A stretch of DNA of 64,000 nucleotides from a virus, in the IMG/VR virus record IMGVR_UViG_3300037840_000227, positions 1-64,000 of that record, one strand, 5' to 3'. The notes under the pieces are model-generated. The model was not told where the DNA came from and did no database searches. It saw only the letters and a program-made list of their open reading frames with translations. This document shows positions 1-10,904 of this stretch, in pieces. Each line of letters opens with the position of its first letter. Within the stretch, counting starts at the first letter, position 1. Made by a program: the position numbers and the translations under genes.

Positions 1-156
1 GAAATGGCGTTCATCAGGGGCGGCGAGGCGGCGATGGATCGCATTCGGCTCCAGTTCATGCCGTCGAACAGCGGGAAATATTTGGAATTTCAGCAAAACT
101 GCGGGCTTGTGCCCAAGGACGACGCCATGATCAAGGCGCCGCTGATCATCCAATAG
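1..156 (+). CDS. C-terminal end of a hypothetical protein (runs off the window start)
   Basis: Open frame from base 1 to TAG at 154-156 (EMAFIRGG...PLIIQ*). Confidence 0.5.
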   Translation, partial: EMAFIRGGEAAMDRIRLQFMPSNSGKYLEFQQNCGLVPKDDAMIKAPLIIQ

Positions 157-257
157 CGCCCCCAAGGGCTTCTACACACTACCTATTGATCGCATCTTCC
201 CGATAATCGTTTGTCGTGCTATCCCTGCGGCCAATAATGGCCCAGCGGGGTGGCCCT

Positions 258-1670
258 ATGGACTTTCGTCGGATTTTCCGAACGGCGCTTATAGGCGCTG
301 TCATAGGCTGCCTCGCGCCATTGGGCCTTCCGGAGGCCTATGCCGAACAGGGCGTCAAGGCCTCCGCGGCGTCCCTCTCGGCAGTGGCGCAGTCGAAAAT
401 CAACCTCGTTCTTAATGGTGAAACCGTTGTCGGCTTTTACGTTTCCGGCCTGACCGCCTCCGGCGCGACGATCACCATCGAGGAATCGACTGATTCCCAA
501 GCCATCGTGAGCGCCACCAAGACGTGGGTTGCAGTCAACGGCTATGCCCTGCCGGGCGGATCAACGACAGGATTCACCACCGTCGCCGCCGACGGAGCCT
601 TCCGGGTTGATGTCGCCGGCGCGAGCGATGTTCGCCTGCGCGTCTCCACGGGCGGCACGGGAACCATCACCGTCGGTTATGACGCGGTTCCGGCCGCAAC
701 GATTGTTGGCTCCGGCTCCGGCGGTGGCGGCGGCAGCAGCTCTGTCACGCAGGGCACGTCGCCATGGGTTGTCAGCATTCCGACATGGGCTGGCGGAACA
801 CTCGGCGCGATGGCGAACTACGGCACATCGCCCGGCGCCGTGCTTGTCCCCGGCGTCAATGCATTCATCACCAACACGCCAGCGGTGACGGTGAGCGGCG
901 TTGCAACGGCCGCCAACCAAACCAGTGTTCAGGGTACAGCGGGATCGCCTGCCGCCACTGTTCTTTCTGTTCAAGGTGTTGGCAGCGGAACGCCCGTGCC
1001 GGTCTCCAACGCGTCGCTACCACTCCCGACAGGCGCCGCGACTTCCGCCAATCAAGAAGTAACTGCGGCGGGAGCGTCTGCGACTTCGGCCCAGGGTGTC
1101 CAGGGCGTCACAAGTGGCGTCCCGCTCCCAAGCTACATCATCGACGGTGTCGGCGCTTCGAATAAGGCGAGCGTCGTCGCAGTCTCGACTGCGCCGGTCA
1201 CGGCGACTAACCCGGCGCTTGTTGTCGATCTTCGCCCAGACAGTCCTGGCATCATTACGCTTGGCGCGGCTGCAATCGGCAACTCCGTCCCAACGATCCC
1301 CTCTTCCGATTATCCAGCTAACGCAACCGCCGCCGCCAATCCAATCACCGCCTCGGCGACAGGAACCACGGCAGCAACAACTGCAACTCTGGCTGCAGCC
1401 GCTAGCAAGACGACATTCCTCTGTGGCTTTTCAATCAGAGCTAACGCAACCGCCGCCGCCACTGGCAACGCCACTGTCACTGGAACAGTCACCGGAACGC
1501 TGAACTTCACGCAATTCACCGCAGCCGGGTCATCTGGTGTCGGTGTGACCGAACCGCCAATTACACGCTGCATTCCAGCTTCGGCAGCTAACACCGCAAT
1601 AGCTGTTGTCTCCGCCGCCCCAGGAACCGGCGGAGTGGTTAGCGTCACCGCTTGGGGCTACCAGCTATGA
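258..1670 (+). CDS. Secreted Ala/Thr/Gly-rich virion-appendage-like protein with signal peptide
   Basis: [29 protein letters not shown]|E Sec-type signal; beta-rich low-complexity body with [13 protein letters not shown] motif; ATGA overlap with next gene. Confidence 0.75.
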   Translation: MDFRRIFRTALIGAVIGCLAPLGLPEAYAEQGVKASAASLSAVAQSKINLVLNGETVVGFYVSGLTASGATITIEESTDSQAIVSATKTWVAVNGYALPGGSTTGFTTVAADGAFRVDVAGASDVRLRVSTGGTGTITVGYDAVPAATIVGSGSGGGGGSSSVTQGTSPWVVSIPTWAGGTLGAMANYGTSPGAVLVPGVNAFITNTPAVTVSGVATAANQTSVQGTAGSPAATVLSVQGVGSGTPVPVSNASLPLPTGAATSANQEVTAAGASATSAQGVQGVTSGVPLPSYIIDGVGASNKASVVAVSTAPVTATNPALVVDLRPDSPGIITLGAAAIGNSVPTIPSSDYPANATAAANPITASATGTTAATTATLAAAASKTTFLCGFSIRANATAAATGNATVTGTVTGTLNFTQFTAAGSSGVGVTEPPITRCIPASAANTAIAVVSAAPGTGGVVSVTAWGYQL

Positions 1671-3568
1671 GGCTGTTGTGGGCAGCATTATTCGCAGGGT
1701 TAATGCTGTGCGCTGCAGCGCAAGCCCAATTCCTTTTGCCCGTATCATCACAACAAACGGATTGTTCCACCGCCGAAGCGATGCTCGCTCGGCCCTCATT
1801 CACTGGGCTAACAAAGACGCAGCAGCAGGCCTATAAGAACCTCGTCTGCCCACTCGTAACCTCCGGCACTTGGGCGAAGCTCGATGCATTCTATGCTTTT
1901 GGCCTCGCGCCAACCGCAGCCTTCGCCGAGGCAAATCTCGTTAGCTCCAGCTACACCCTCACCGTCACCGGCACTGAGACGTTTGTCCCTAATGTCTGTG
2001 TCTACGGCGATAATTCAACTGGCTGGCTGAACACCTCATTCACACCGAGCACCGCTGGTGGCCACATGACGGCCAATAGCGGCAATTATAGTGTTTATGT
2101 TCTTAACAATCGCACAGCGGGGGAAAGCGGCTGGGCGGCAATAGGGACTGCAATTGGCTCTGGTTCTGCAACCAGCGTGATCTATCCGTATTATTCAGTC
2201 GGCTCTGGCAGCTTTGGCCGCATCGGCAATATCACAAACGTCGCTTATGCGGGGATCACTTCTGGCCGGGGGCTGCTCAGCATCAGCAGAACGTCAAGTT
2301 CGCAGGTTGATTATTACATCAATGCTGTTGATGTCGCGACTAATGCTTCAGACACGGCGGGCTCGCTTGAGAGTGATACCGTCGTCATTGGAGCTAATCG
2401 CACTGGCGGCGCGGTCTCCAACTTTAGTGGCGACTGTATTGCGGCGGCTTTCTTCGGAGGAGGACTGACTCAAGCAGACGAAACGGCGCTCCAGAGCGCA
2501 ATAAGCGGCGTTCAGCCGCTTACTGTTTCTAATCAAACCCCTGGCGGCGTCCAGTTCTGGGGCTTCACGACAAACAAATTCTACGACAACACTTTTGCAT
2601 CTGTCGATCTGAACCAGACAAATAATCCAGGGTACAACTGGTATCTCACGCCTTGGCGCGGCACATCCGCCTTCCCGTCGACTTGGGTGACGGTGACAGG
2701 CGGCGTCATGACAATCAATCAGCTTGCGCTTGCCACGAATGAGTACGCCGTCGTTTGGAGCGCTGCCGATACAGCCCTTGCCTACTTCACCGGAACAATT
2801 TCCGGCTCTGTCCTGACTGTTTCAGCAGTCTCCTCTGGCACGATCGCCAACGGGATGATCGTCGTCGGCGGAAGCGTCACTCAAGGCACAACCATCACCT
2901 CGCTCGGAACAGGCACGGGTGGAACTGGCACCTACAATCTCTCAGCGTCTTCTACAGTGTCGAGCGGCGAGGCGATGGTGGGCGGTACCGTCATAGGGAC
3001 TCTTTTCCCTCCCGGCGGCTACTACGAGGCATGCTACAACGGCAATCCAACTTCGGCTCCCGCCTCTGGTTCTGGCTCGGATAACCTCGCTTGGTGGATG
3101 GAGGATGTCAGCGTTTTGCTAGGGAAAAATTTCGTCGCTTCAAGTCTGGGCATCGCCTCCACCGGCATCGAAGTCGATCACGAAGAGTCAATCATTGGAA
3201 CAGTCGGCGCTCCGACATATACCTTCAACGAGCATGATTGGACTAACACCAACGGCGGCGGCGGCGGCACTGACAACTACGTGCAAAAAAACGGATCATC
3301 TGCTGCCAACATCCATTGTTGGGGGACACTTTGGATACTGTCGACGCAGAATGGAGGCACCGGCAAGTTCGCCTATTTCCTCGATGGCGTGCCACAAGGC
3401 GCTCTAGGCGTTGTGACCTACACCGCTACAACTGGCTCAACGCCTGCGTCGACGCCAAGCAACCCGAATGGCCAGTTTTTCGCCGGCGAAAGCGATAGCT
3501 TTGTCCTTAGCCTTCAGGGTGGCCTCAACTGGCCGATGAACGTCTCCAGCGTGGGAGTATGGCACTGA
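1667..3568 (+). CDS. Signal-peptide protein with LamG/ConA-like and GH16-like domains
   Basis: [20 protein letters not shown]|Q signal; GGYYEA...WW...IEVDHEE (ExDxxE) motif; fibre-like [20 protein letters not shown]...[10 protein letters not shown] segment. Confidence 0.75.
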   Translation: MRLLWAALFAGLMLCAAAQAQFLLPVSSQQTDCSTAEAMLARPSFTGLTKTQQQAYKNLVCPLVTSGTWAKLDAFYAFGLAPTAAFAEANLVSSSYTLTVTGTETFVPNVCVYGDNSTGWLNTSFTPSTAGGHMTANSGNYSVYVLNNRTAGESGWAAIGTAIGSGSATSVIYPYYSVGSGSFGRIGNITNVAYAGITSGRGLLSISRTSSSQVDYYINAVDVATNASDTAGSLESDTVVIGANRTGGAVSNFSGDCIAAAFFGGGLTQADETALQSAISGVQPLTVSNQTPGGVQFWGFTTNKFYDNTFASVDLNQTNNPGYNWYLTPWRGTSAFPSTWVTVTGGVMTINQLALATNEYAVVWSAADTALAYFTGTISGSVLTVSAVSSGTIANGMIVVGGSVTQGTTITSLGTGTGGTGTYNLSASSTVSSGEAMVGGTVIGTLFPPGGYYEACYNGNPTSAPASGSGSDNLAWWMEDVSVLLGKNFVASSLGIASTGIEVDHEESIIGTVGAPTYTFNEHDWTNTNGGGGGTDNYVQKNGSSAANIHCWGTLWILSTQNGGTGKFAYFLDGVPQGALGVVTYTATTGSTPASTPSNPNGQFFAGESDSFVLSLQGGLNWPMNVSSVGVWH

Positions 3569-4848
3569 TGATTGGGATCACACATACCTTGCGCTGCGTT
3601 GCGACTACGCTCATCGCGCTTTCCCTCGCGGCCATCTTCGCCAACCCGGCGCTGGCCGACTTCCCGGGCCCTGTCTATCCATTCCTTCCAAATGGGAATT
3701 ACGGAGCGATTAACTTAATAGGAAGCGTCTCGAGCAATATTCCGATTCCCGGCGGAGCCAACAGCACGATCTTCATCGTCACCAATCTTGGCGCAACGAT
3801 CGCGTATACGACGCTTGGAACCTCGAACGCCGTCACGGCTAACACAACCGTTGATCCAATCCAGCCTGGCGCCAACCGCTGCTTCAGTCGCGGCGCCTAC
3901 ACCTATATCGCGGGATACTCTACCAATAGCGAGACGCTGACGATCGTTGGGGGAACTGGCCAGTGCCAGGATACTTCTGGCGCTCCCGCCACCGGGAGCG
4001 CCACGGCGGCAAATCAGACGAATGGAAGTCAGTTGACAATGATTGTCGACGGGCTTGGTAATGTCATCGGGTCCACCGCGAATGCTCTAAATGTGGACTG
4101 CATCGCCGGATGTAGTGGGGGCGGCGGAGGCGGAGGTGGCGCTGTCACAGCAGCGCTCGGTTCCTACGCTGCGGGCTTCAGCCCGGACATCGGCAACTCC
4201 GCGACGCCGACGGCGGCCTGGATAGGTAGCGGAACACCGACGGTTCTCGGCACCAATCAGGGCATCTACAATCAGCTCGTTGCGCTGAACACTGCCTTCA
4301 ACGCCTCGCTGACGCCGAACGCCGCGCTGACCTCATGGCAGACCTCACCGAATGCCGGCTTCGGTATTCTTTGCCAATATCTCAGCGCCAACCCATCCGC
4401 GCCAGCGAACACCAACACGATCGGCCTTCGTTGCGATCCGAACGGGCTCCTTAAGATTGCGCCGACAGCCTCGACTAATGGCGGCGCGCTGAATAGCGCT
4501 AGCTTCATTATCACCAACAATACGACGGCGGTTGTTGTCCGGAATGCGCCGGCGACACTCTATTCGATCAGCGCCTACACATCGACTGCTGCGACTGAGG
4601 GTGTCTGGCTCAAGCTTTATGACACGGCGACAACCTTCACATGCGGGACGGGGACGCCGGTCAGGCGCGATGCAGTTCCGGCAGCCTCGACGCCGGCGAA
4701 CCTCTCGGGCGCCACGATCGATCTCGGCCCAGCCGGCCGATACTTCACCACCGGCATTACGGCCTGCGTAACAGTCAATGTTGCGGACTCAGACGCTACT
4801 GCCCCGCCGGCGGCAAACTACGGCGCCGCCAACTTTGTGATCCAATAA
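3568..4848 (+). CDS. Signal-peptide virion-appendage-like protein
   Basis: TGATG overlap; hydrophobic leader ending NPALA|D; ATAANQTNGSQ motif; C-terminal jelly-roll-like WLKLYD.AT...GT.TP segment. Confidence 0.72.
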   Translation: MIGITHTLRCVATTLIALSLAAIFANPALADFPGPVYPFLPNGNYGAINLIGSVSSNIPIPGGANSTIFIVTNLGATIAYTTLGTSNAVTANTTVDPIQPGANRCFSRGAYTYIAGYSTNSETLTIVGGTGQCQDTSGAPATGSATAANQTNGSQLTMIVDGLGNVIGSTANALNVDCIAGCSGGGGGGGGAVTAALGSYAAGFSPDIGNSATPTAAWIGSGTPTVLGTNQGIYNQLVALNTAFNASLTPNAALTSWQTSPNAGFGILCQYLSANPSAPANTNTIGLRCDPNGLLKIAPTASTNGGALNSASFIITNNTTAVVVRNAPATLYSISAYTSTAATEGVWLKLYDTATTFTCGTGTPVRRDAVPAASTPANLSGATIDLGPAGRYFTTGITACVTVNVADSDATAPPAANYGAANFVIQ

Positions 4849-4860
4849 GGGCTGACTACA

Positions 4861-7578
4861 ATGAACCTCTCTTGGAAGATTCTCCGGGCGGCCATCGCGG
4901 CGCTTGCGTTTGTAGCTCTCGGATGCGGGATTGAGGCGGCCGGGGCCACCGGCACGCCAATCCTAAGCGGGCCGCCGTTGTCTGGCGTCGCCCTCGGCGC
5001 GGGGACGGACTTCACGTCGGCGACGAGTTCACTCTTCATCCCTAATAGCGTTTCACTTGGCATCGTCTCTCCATGGACGGTGGCATACGTCGTAAAAACG
5101 ACTGCTGCGCTTGCAACAGATCAAGTGTTTATTGCTCACACAGATTCGGCGAATCCGATCCTTACTAATGGAACAGTGGGGTTCTCGAATCATAACAGCC
5201 ATTTTGGTAGAAACACAACTTTCGAGAACGTTATCGAGCAGCCAACACAGTCTGGTTTTTGCGGCTCGCTATCTCTTTCATATCTTTGTACCCGCCTAGC
5301 CTGGATCAATGACGGCGCCAAGCACTCTGTCGTTGTGACATTCGTGGGCGGTTGCCAAACTATGTACATTGACGGGGTCATAAGGGACGCGCAGTGCGGC
5401 CTGACCTATTACCCAGGCGCCAATTATTGGGTTGTCGGGTTCCCCAATACGCCGACAACCATCGCGGACCTTCGCGTCTATAATCGCGCTCTGAGTCAGG
5501 CGGAGGCGACTCGACTCTCATCTCTTATCGCGCAAGGTCTCACAGCCAATAGCGGCTCTCTTCAAACCGGCTTGGCGGAATACTGGCCGATGGGCTCGGC
5601 GTGCCCCTGCACGGGCACGATCAATGCAAATGTTATGCAAACTGAGTCGACGGGCCCGACTGTCGCGATCACAACCCCGCTCAACGGCGGCACGATCACC
5701 GGCGCGGCGGTTACTGTCACCGCGACAGCAACCGATCCGATCGGTGTCAACAGCGTCCAGTTCCAGGTTGACGGGTCCAATGCTGGCGCGCTTCTGACTT
5801 CTGCACCGTATACGATATCATTCGATTCGACGAAGCTCGTCGATGGACCTGGCCACACGATTGTCGCGACCGCCACTAATGCTGGCGGGATCACCAGCAC
5901 ATCCCAGGTCAACGTTACTTCATCGAATGGTGTCAGCGAGCAGAACTGGTACTTCGCCGTCGCCGGCAGCGATTCTAACAACTGCAAGACGACAGGAACC
6001 GCCTGTAAGACCCTTGCCCACGTCGCCACTCTCACCATGCATGAGAGCGATCATGTGCTATTCAACGGCGGCGACACTTTCACCGGGTGCGTATCTCTGA
6101 ACGGCACGAACACTCTATCGAGGCCGCTATTTCCGGTCATCTTCGACAGCTACGGCACTGGCCCCGCGATCCTCACAACGCAAGGTTCAGGATGCACATC
6201 GGCTGATGGGCGTGTCGGTATAATTGACATCACGGCTGGAGCTCAAGGGATTCAGCTTAATGGCGTTCCCGGAACTTCCGGCCTCAAGCTCGTTTGCGAC
6301 AGCACCGGCGCGGCAGGCATCGGTGTCTACATTAGCAGTTACGGCGGGGCGACAAATTGGATCACGCTTAATGGCGTCGAGATCACTGGCCTGTGCCATG
6401 ACGGTATCAGCGCGAATTTTGACGCCGCCATCCTCGTTGATCCGACGAGCGGCAATCGAGTCGATAACGTCGCCCTGATCAACACGGTCATCCACGGTCC
6501 TTCGGGGCCAGCCGATCTTGTCGACAATGGGCTCTTTACATTTGGGCCGCAAACTGCGAACACCTACCGAGCGATACAAGGAAACTACATCTACAACATC
6601 GGCGGTCAGCCATCGAGCGCCAGCAGCGGCAATGGCTTGGCTATTTCCACCAATCAACCTCCGACTGCTCCACCGTTTTCGGGGAATGTCATTCACGATA
6701 CTGGCGCCAACGGAACGACCTGCGGCGGTCCTGTTCTCTTCGGCACGTTCTTCGCCGACAGTATCTACTGGTCACAGAACGAAGGCTATAATAGCATCCC
6801 ATACCCCACCTTTGTGAGCGGGTGTGATCATGATGGGATCGATTTTGACCTCGGCACGACAAACAGCACTGCCAAGTACAACTACATTCACAACACGTTT
6901 GGCGAAGGAATATACGCATTCGTCGAAGATGCGTACGGGCCGATCAACATCGGTTTTAATATCGTCGATGAGTCGGCGCAGACAGCGTCGAACACACAGT
7001 CAAACGCGATTGCTGTGGCTTGGGGCTATCCTGCGACTCCTGCGATAAATGTATTCAACAACTCAGTGACATGCCCCGGCAGTACTGCAGGATTCTGCTT
7101 TTTTCACGGGTTTACCGATACGAGCCTATTCCCTGGCGTGATCGCCAACAACATCTTCAATTCCTTGAATGGCAATTTCGTTTACTTGGAAGGTCTATCC
7201 TATCCAGGTCTCCACATGCTGAGCAATGATTACTACACGACGCACAGCACAAAGCTGTGGCGATTGGGGTATGCAACCTATGCGACGACGTTTGCCGCTT
7301 GGCAGGCAGTCGCTCCCGGCGGCGAGGTCGGCTCCATCACGACAAATCCAGCGTGGGTAGGGCCTACCGGAACGAATGTGACCTGCAACGCCACTGCTGG
7401 AACTACAGGGCCGCAGCCTTGTCCCGCCGGCTATGCTCTTAGCGGCGGCTCGCCTGCTCATAACACTGGAACCGATCTGACCTCCTACCTCGGCGCAGGA
7501 TGGGCGACGCGTGACTACTACGGAACGACGCTGCCGAGCGGCGGCGGGACGGGCTTCCCAATCGGAGCGGCAATATGA
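4861..7578 (+). CDS. Signal-peptide protein: LamG + bacterial Ig-like + right-handed beta-helix (pectin-lyase-like)
   Basis: N-terminal signal; IADLRVYNRALS (LamG); PTVAITTP...VQFQVDG...APY (Ig-like); GSDSN and DHDGIDFD...YNYIHN beta-helix motifs; many paired Cys. Confidence 0.8.
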   Translation: MNLSWKILRAAIAALAFVALGCGIEAAGATGTPILSGPPLSGVALGAGTDFTSATSSLFIPNSVSLGIVSPWTVAYVVKTTAALATDQVFIAHTDSANPILTNGTVGFSNHNSHFGRNTTFENVIEQPTQSGFCGSLSLSYLCTRLAWINDGAKHSVVVTFVGGCQTMYIDGVIRDAQCGLTYYPGANYWVVGFPNTPTTIADLRVYNRALSQAEATRLSSLIAQGLTANSGSLQTGLAEYWPMGSACPCTGTINANVMQTESTGPTVAITTPLNGGTITGAAVTVTATATDPIGVNSVQFQVDGSNAGALLTSAPYTISFDSTKLVDGPGHTIVATATNAGGITSTSQVNVTSSNGVSEQNWYFAVAGSDSNNCKTTGTACKTLAHVATLTMHESDHVLFNGGDTFTGCVSLNGTNTLSRPLFPVIFDSYGTGPAILTTQGSGCTSADGRVGIIDITAGAQGIQLNGVPGTSGLKLVCDSTGAAGIGVYISSYGGATNWITLNGVEITGLCHDGISANFDAAILVDPTSGNRVDNVALINTVIHGPSGPADLVDNGLFTFGPQTANTYRAIQGNYIYNIGGQPSSASSGNGLAISTNQPPTAPPFSGNVIHDTGANGTTCGGPVLFGTFFADSIYWSQNEGYNSIPYPTFVSGCDHDGIDFDLGTTNSTAKYNYIHNTFGEGIYAFVEDAYGPINIGFNIVDESAQTASNTQSNAIAVAWGYPATPAINVFNNSVTCPGSTAGFCFFHGFTDTSLFPGVIANNIFNSLNGNFVYLEGLSYPGLHMLSNDYYTTHSTKLWRLGYATYATTFAAWQAVAPGGEVGSITTNPAWVGPTGTNVTCNATAGTTGPQPCPAGYALSGGSPAHNTGTDLTSYLGAGWATRDYYGTTLPSGGGTGFPIGAAI

Positions 7579-7967
7579 GAACTCTCGTCATTCTCCTTCT
7601 GCTTTCCACCAGCGCCCTCGCGCAATCCGCGCCGGGAGTGATCAGTTCGTCGCCGATGCGTTGGCAGATGGGGCCGAAGGACTTTCCACTCCTCACCAAG
7701 GCTCTCTCAGTCCTAATGGAGGAGCGTACCCGCCTCGGTGACAAGGAAGGTCTTGCCCACTTGGAAGCGATGATTCCGGAGGCTGCTGGGACGCAACGTC
7801 CTAGTGGCATCCAAATCCCAGTCTTCATCCAAGCCCTAAGCCGCATCGCCACGCCCGGTTCGCCCTACTGCGAGCTTCTCCAGCGTCTCCAGCCAGCCGG
7901 TCCTGCAACGCCTACCGAACCGGCCCATGCTGCGGCATTGTGCGAGGGCCGCGCGCCGCCGCCATGA
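7575..7967 (+). CDS. Small secreted hypothetical protein
   Basis: MRTLVILLLLSTSALA|Q signal; ATGA overlaps on both sides. Confidence 0.7.
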   Translation: MRTLVILLLLSTSALAQSAPGVISSSPMRWQMGPKDFPLLTKALSVLMEERTRLGDKEGLAHLEAMIPEAAGTQRPSGIQIPVFIQALSRIATPGSPYCELLQRLQPAGPATPTEPAHAAALCEGRAPPP

Positions 7968-9856
7968 TACCTACGCTCGCGCGGCTTCTTCTCGCCTTCT
8001 GCGTCGCCGTCGCGTCGCCCGCGTTTGCCGATTCCATCACCACGACGGGCGTTGGGTCGATCGAAGCCGCCGCGCAGGTATGCGGTTCCCAAAAGACGGT
8101 TTTCATCACCTCGGGAACGACATGGACCGTTCCGAGCGATTGGTGCAGCACCAACACAGTTGTCGCGATTGGCGGCGGCGGCGGCGGCGGAGCGCCAATC
8201 AATGGGGCTGATACCGGCGGCGGCGGCGGTGCGGGAGCCTTTGCATTCGCAACGAATGTCGCGTTAACGCCTAGTTCGGTGATCCCGGTTCAGATCGGAA
8301 CCGGCGGCGCTGCTGGCGCTCCAGTTGGAGGAAGCGGCGGCAACGGAACCGACACGATATTCAATACCTCAACTATCATCGCTAAGGGCGGTCAGGGCGG
8401 AACGGGCAACCCGCTCACGCCAAATGGCGTAGGCGGCCTGGCCTCCGCCTCAGCGCCGACGACTGGCGCTCAGAACGGCGGCAATGGCGGCGTCAGCGGC
8501 ACTGGCAATGATGGCGGTGGCGGGGGCGGCGGCGCGGGCGGTCCGAATGGCGCAGGCGCCAATGGCGGCGCCACGAGCTCGAGCGGTAATAACGGCGGCT
8601 CTGGCGGCGGCGCTAGCGATGGCGGTTCGGTTGGCGGCAATGCAGCGTCGGGAAGTATTGGGGCCAACGGCGGCGCTGCCTTCGATGCAACGCTGGGGGG
8701 CGTTGGCGGCGGAGCGGGCCTCAACGGCGCGGCGGGTTCGCATGGCTCGGGCGGTGGTGGCGGCGGGGCATCGAATGGCAACGGCGGCAATGGCGGGGCA
8801 GGAATCGATTACATTCAGACTGCCGGCGGCGCTGTAGCGGGGCCGGGCGGCGGCGCGGGCGCGGGCGCGGGCGGACCGGGCAATGGCGGAACCGGCGGCC
8901 TCTATGGTGGCGGCGGCGGTGGCGGAGGCTGGTTCGAAGGCGCGGGCGGCGCTGGGGCCAATGGAATCATCATTGTCACTTACGGGACGCCAAATGCCTG
9001 TGGGGCGCCCATGTCGGCGCCGTCTCAAGCGGCTGGCCTGACAAAGCAGATCGACGATCAGTTCTGCCCGTCGACGACGCTCAACGCCACCAATTGGCTG
9101 CCGTATATGAACAACGCAGCCACCTTTGGACGGTGGACAAACGCCGGCAACCTGCCCAGCCCCTATTCAGCGGTCCAGAATACGGCCAGCCCCGGCTGCG
9201 CTTCGGCTGGATCGCAGCTCAACTGCGAATACGGCGATCCTTATCCTGCCGGCTATGGGACAAACAACGGCGATGGTTCTCACATGGTTATCCCCGGCAC
9301 ATCAACCGGGCTGCGCCTGATCGCCAACAATTCAAGCTCTCAGTACAACTCAGGCGCGAACCTCTATCCCTTCGCTAGCGCCTATATTACATCCGTCTGG
9401 CAATGCCCGTCGTCGGGCACATGCGTCATCCAGGTCAAGCAGAAGTTCTCGGACGTCAGTGGCGGCTTCTGGCCAACCCTCTGGTCCGACAATATGAGTG
9501 CGGAGGTTGATTTCAACGAGGGCGGCTTCCTCAACGGCGGCAGTTCGGCAAACGCCAACTTCGTCTTCGCCACTCACGTTTTTCCCAACGCTCAGTGCCT
9601 CGTCAACACCTCAACGAATATGTCGCTGGGGTATAATGTCTATCTCATCGTGATCATCCCCGGCACGTCAGTCACCACCTACCTCAACGGCGTGCAGATG
9701 TGTACCCAGACCTCCAGCGTGCCGACGGGGAACTTTACGCTGAGCGCCACGGCGACAGTGATGGGCATCAATGGGGCCGGCTACCATACCGATTGGGTCA
9801 GCGGAACTGTAACCATGGAGCAAGACATTGCGGAAGTGCAGGTCTGGCATAATTAG
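7964..9856 (+). CDS. Signal-peptide glycine-rich fibre-like protein with C-terminal GH16-like domain
   Basis: MIPTLARLLLAFCVAVASPAFA|D signal; TSGTTWTVP...IGGGGGG...GANGIIIVTY glycine-rich phage domain; GFWPTLW...EVDFNE GH16 motif. Confidence 0.8.
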   Translation: MIPTLARLLLAFCVAVASPAFADSITTTGVGSIEAAAQVCGSQKTVFITSGTTWTVPSDWCSTNTVVAIGGGGGGGAPINGADTGGGGGAGAFAFATNVALTPSSVIPVQIGTGGAAGAPVGGSGGNGTDTIFNTSTIIAKGGQGGTGNPLTPNGVGGLASASAPTTGAQNGGNGGVSGTGNDGGGGGGGAGGPNGAGANGGATSSSGNNGGSGGGASDGGSVGGNAASGSIGANGGAAFDATLGGVGGGAGLNGAAGSHGSGGGGGGASNGNGGNGGAGIDYIQTAGGAVAGPGGGAGAGAGGPGNGGTGGLYGGGGGGGGWFEGAGGAGANGIIIVTYGTPNACGAPMSAPSQAAGLTKQIDDQFCPSTTLNATNWLPYMNNAATFGRWTNAGNLPSPYSAVQNTASPGCASAGSQLNCEYGDPYPAGYGTNNGDGSHMVIPGTSTGLRLIANNSSSQYNSGANLYPFASAYITSVWQCPSSGTCVIQVKQKFSDVSGGFWPTLWSDNMSAEVDFNEGGFLNGGSSANANFVFATHVFPNAQCLVNTSTNMSLGYNVYLIVIIPGTSVTTYLNGVQMCTQTSSVPTGNFTLSATATVMGINGAGYHTDWVSGTVTMEQDIAEVQVWHN

Positions 9857-10094
9857 CGCGGCGCTCTTGCTGGCTCTCCCGGCGCTAGCCCAGCAGCGCC
9901 CGGACATCCAGCGCTATGCCGTGCTCGACAAGGTCGGCCAAGTCGTCTGGTTCATTGACAGCAACTTCCTGCCGCCATCACCGAAGGCCGGGTGGACCGT
10001 TCGCCTGGCGACGGCTGCCGATCTCGCCATCCCGCCGATCGCGCCCCCGTTCCATTCGCGCCTCGAACAGCAGCAATGGATGGCGGCGCATTGA
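9828..10094 (+). CDS. Small secreted hypothetical protein
   Basis: Hydrophobic leader ending LPALA|Q; start codon uncertain. Confidence 0.55.
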   Translation: MRKCRSGIISAALLLALPALAQQRPDIQRYAVLDKVGQVVWFIDSNFLPPSPKAGWTVRLATAADLAIPPIAPPFHSRLEQQQWMAAH

Positions 10095-10135
10095 TGTGTT
10101 AAACCGGAATTGGGCTATGAGGGTGAGACAGGGCC

Positions 10136-10465
10136 ATGACCGAATATAATGGAGCGATCCCCGCTGGCGGCGCGATGGCGGTGTCTCCGCCAGGCGGCAA
10201 CGGCAGCCGCCGCCGGCTCAAGTATCAGAACAATGGGGTTTCCCTCATGCGGTTCTCGGCGACAACCGGCGTGCCGGCGAGCCTGACAGTTGGCCTCGCT
10301 GTGCCGGGGGGAAGCAACCAGGTCTACGAATGGCCGAGCCACATCGCCGCCGCCATCATTGGCGCAAGGGGCGCCTTGACGAGCCCGGACAATGGCGTGC
10401 CGACGGGACAGATTACGGTCTGGGGCCAGAATCCAGGCGATACCTGGTATGTCGAGGAGGAGTAA
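10136..10465 (+). CDS. Hypothetical beta-rich structural-type protein
   Basis: 109-aa ORF; its TAA stop lies inside the IS target-site duplication. Confidence 0.65.
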   Translation: MTEYNGAIPAGGAMAVSPPGGNGSRRRLKYQNNGVSLMRFSATTGVPASLTVGLAVPGGSNQVYEWPSHIAAAIIGARGALTSPDNGVPTGQITVWGQNPGDTWYVEEE

Positions 10466-10580
10466 TCCGGGTAGTGTCTCAGTTTCCGGAAGCGAACTTT
10501 ATGCTTAACAGCTGTCTCGAATTTAGGAGACAGCCTCCGAGTCGATATGCATACTAATTTGCCAGGGGAAAAATCACGGA

Positions 10581-10904
10581 TTGATCGTGGCAAACGATCC
10601 CGGTCCACAAGGGCATAAAGACGGGGATGCGAAGCCCGTCCGACGCGTTGGCCCCTTTCCCCCGCCGAGGACGCTCCCTGCTTTCCCGAACGCGATAAAA
10701 GTCAAAGGCAAAACCCCGAGGCATAAGGGATCGAGCGGGATGCGCCCCCGTTGGAAGGAGCCTGACGGAACTATCTACGAATGGGATAGTCAACATGGAA
10801 CAGTCGAAAAATATGACGCAGACGGTAACCACTTAGGAGAGTTTGATCAGTTTAATGGGAAACAAACGGGACCTGCAATTTCTACGAGGAGTGTAGAACC
10901 ATGA
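10581..10904 (+). CDS. Colicin E3/CdiA-type cytotoxic ribonuclease domain (stand-alone)
   Basis: KTP...RPRWKEPDGTIYEWDSQHGTVEKYD..GNHLGEFD...G.Q..PA...RSVEP matches the colicin E3 RNase (Cytotoxic) domain pattern; start may be GTG 10587. Confidence 0.85.
   Translation: MIVANDPGPQGHKDGDAKPVRRVGPFPPPRTLPAFPNAIKVKGKTPRHKGSSGMRPRWKEPDGTIYEWDSQHGTVEKYDADGNHLGEFDQFNGKQTGPAISTRSVEP

Noticed and set aside
8160-8970. GGC-rich repetitive DNA as a repeat array or CRISPR
   Set aside because: It encodes the glycine-rich protein domain; there are no fixed-length repeats with unique spacers anywhere in the window
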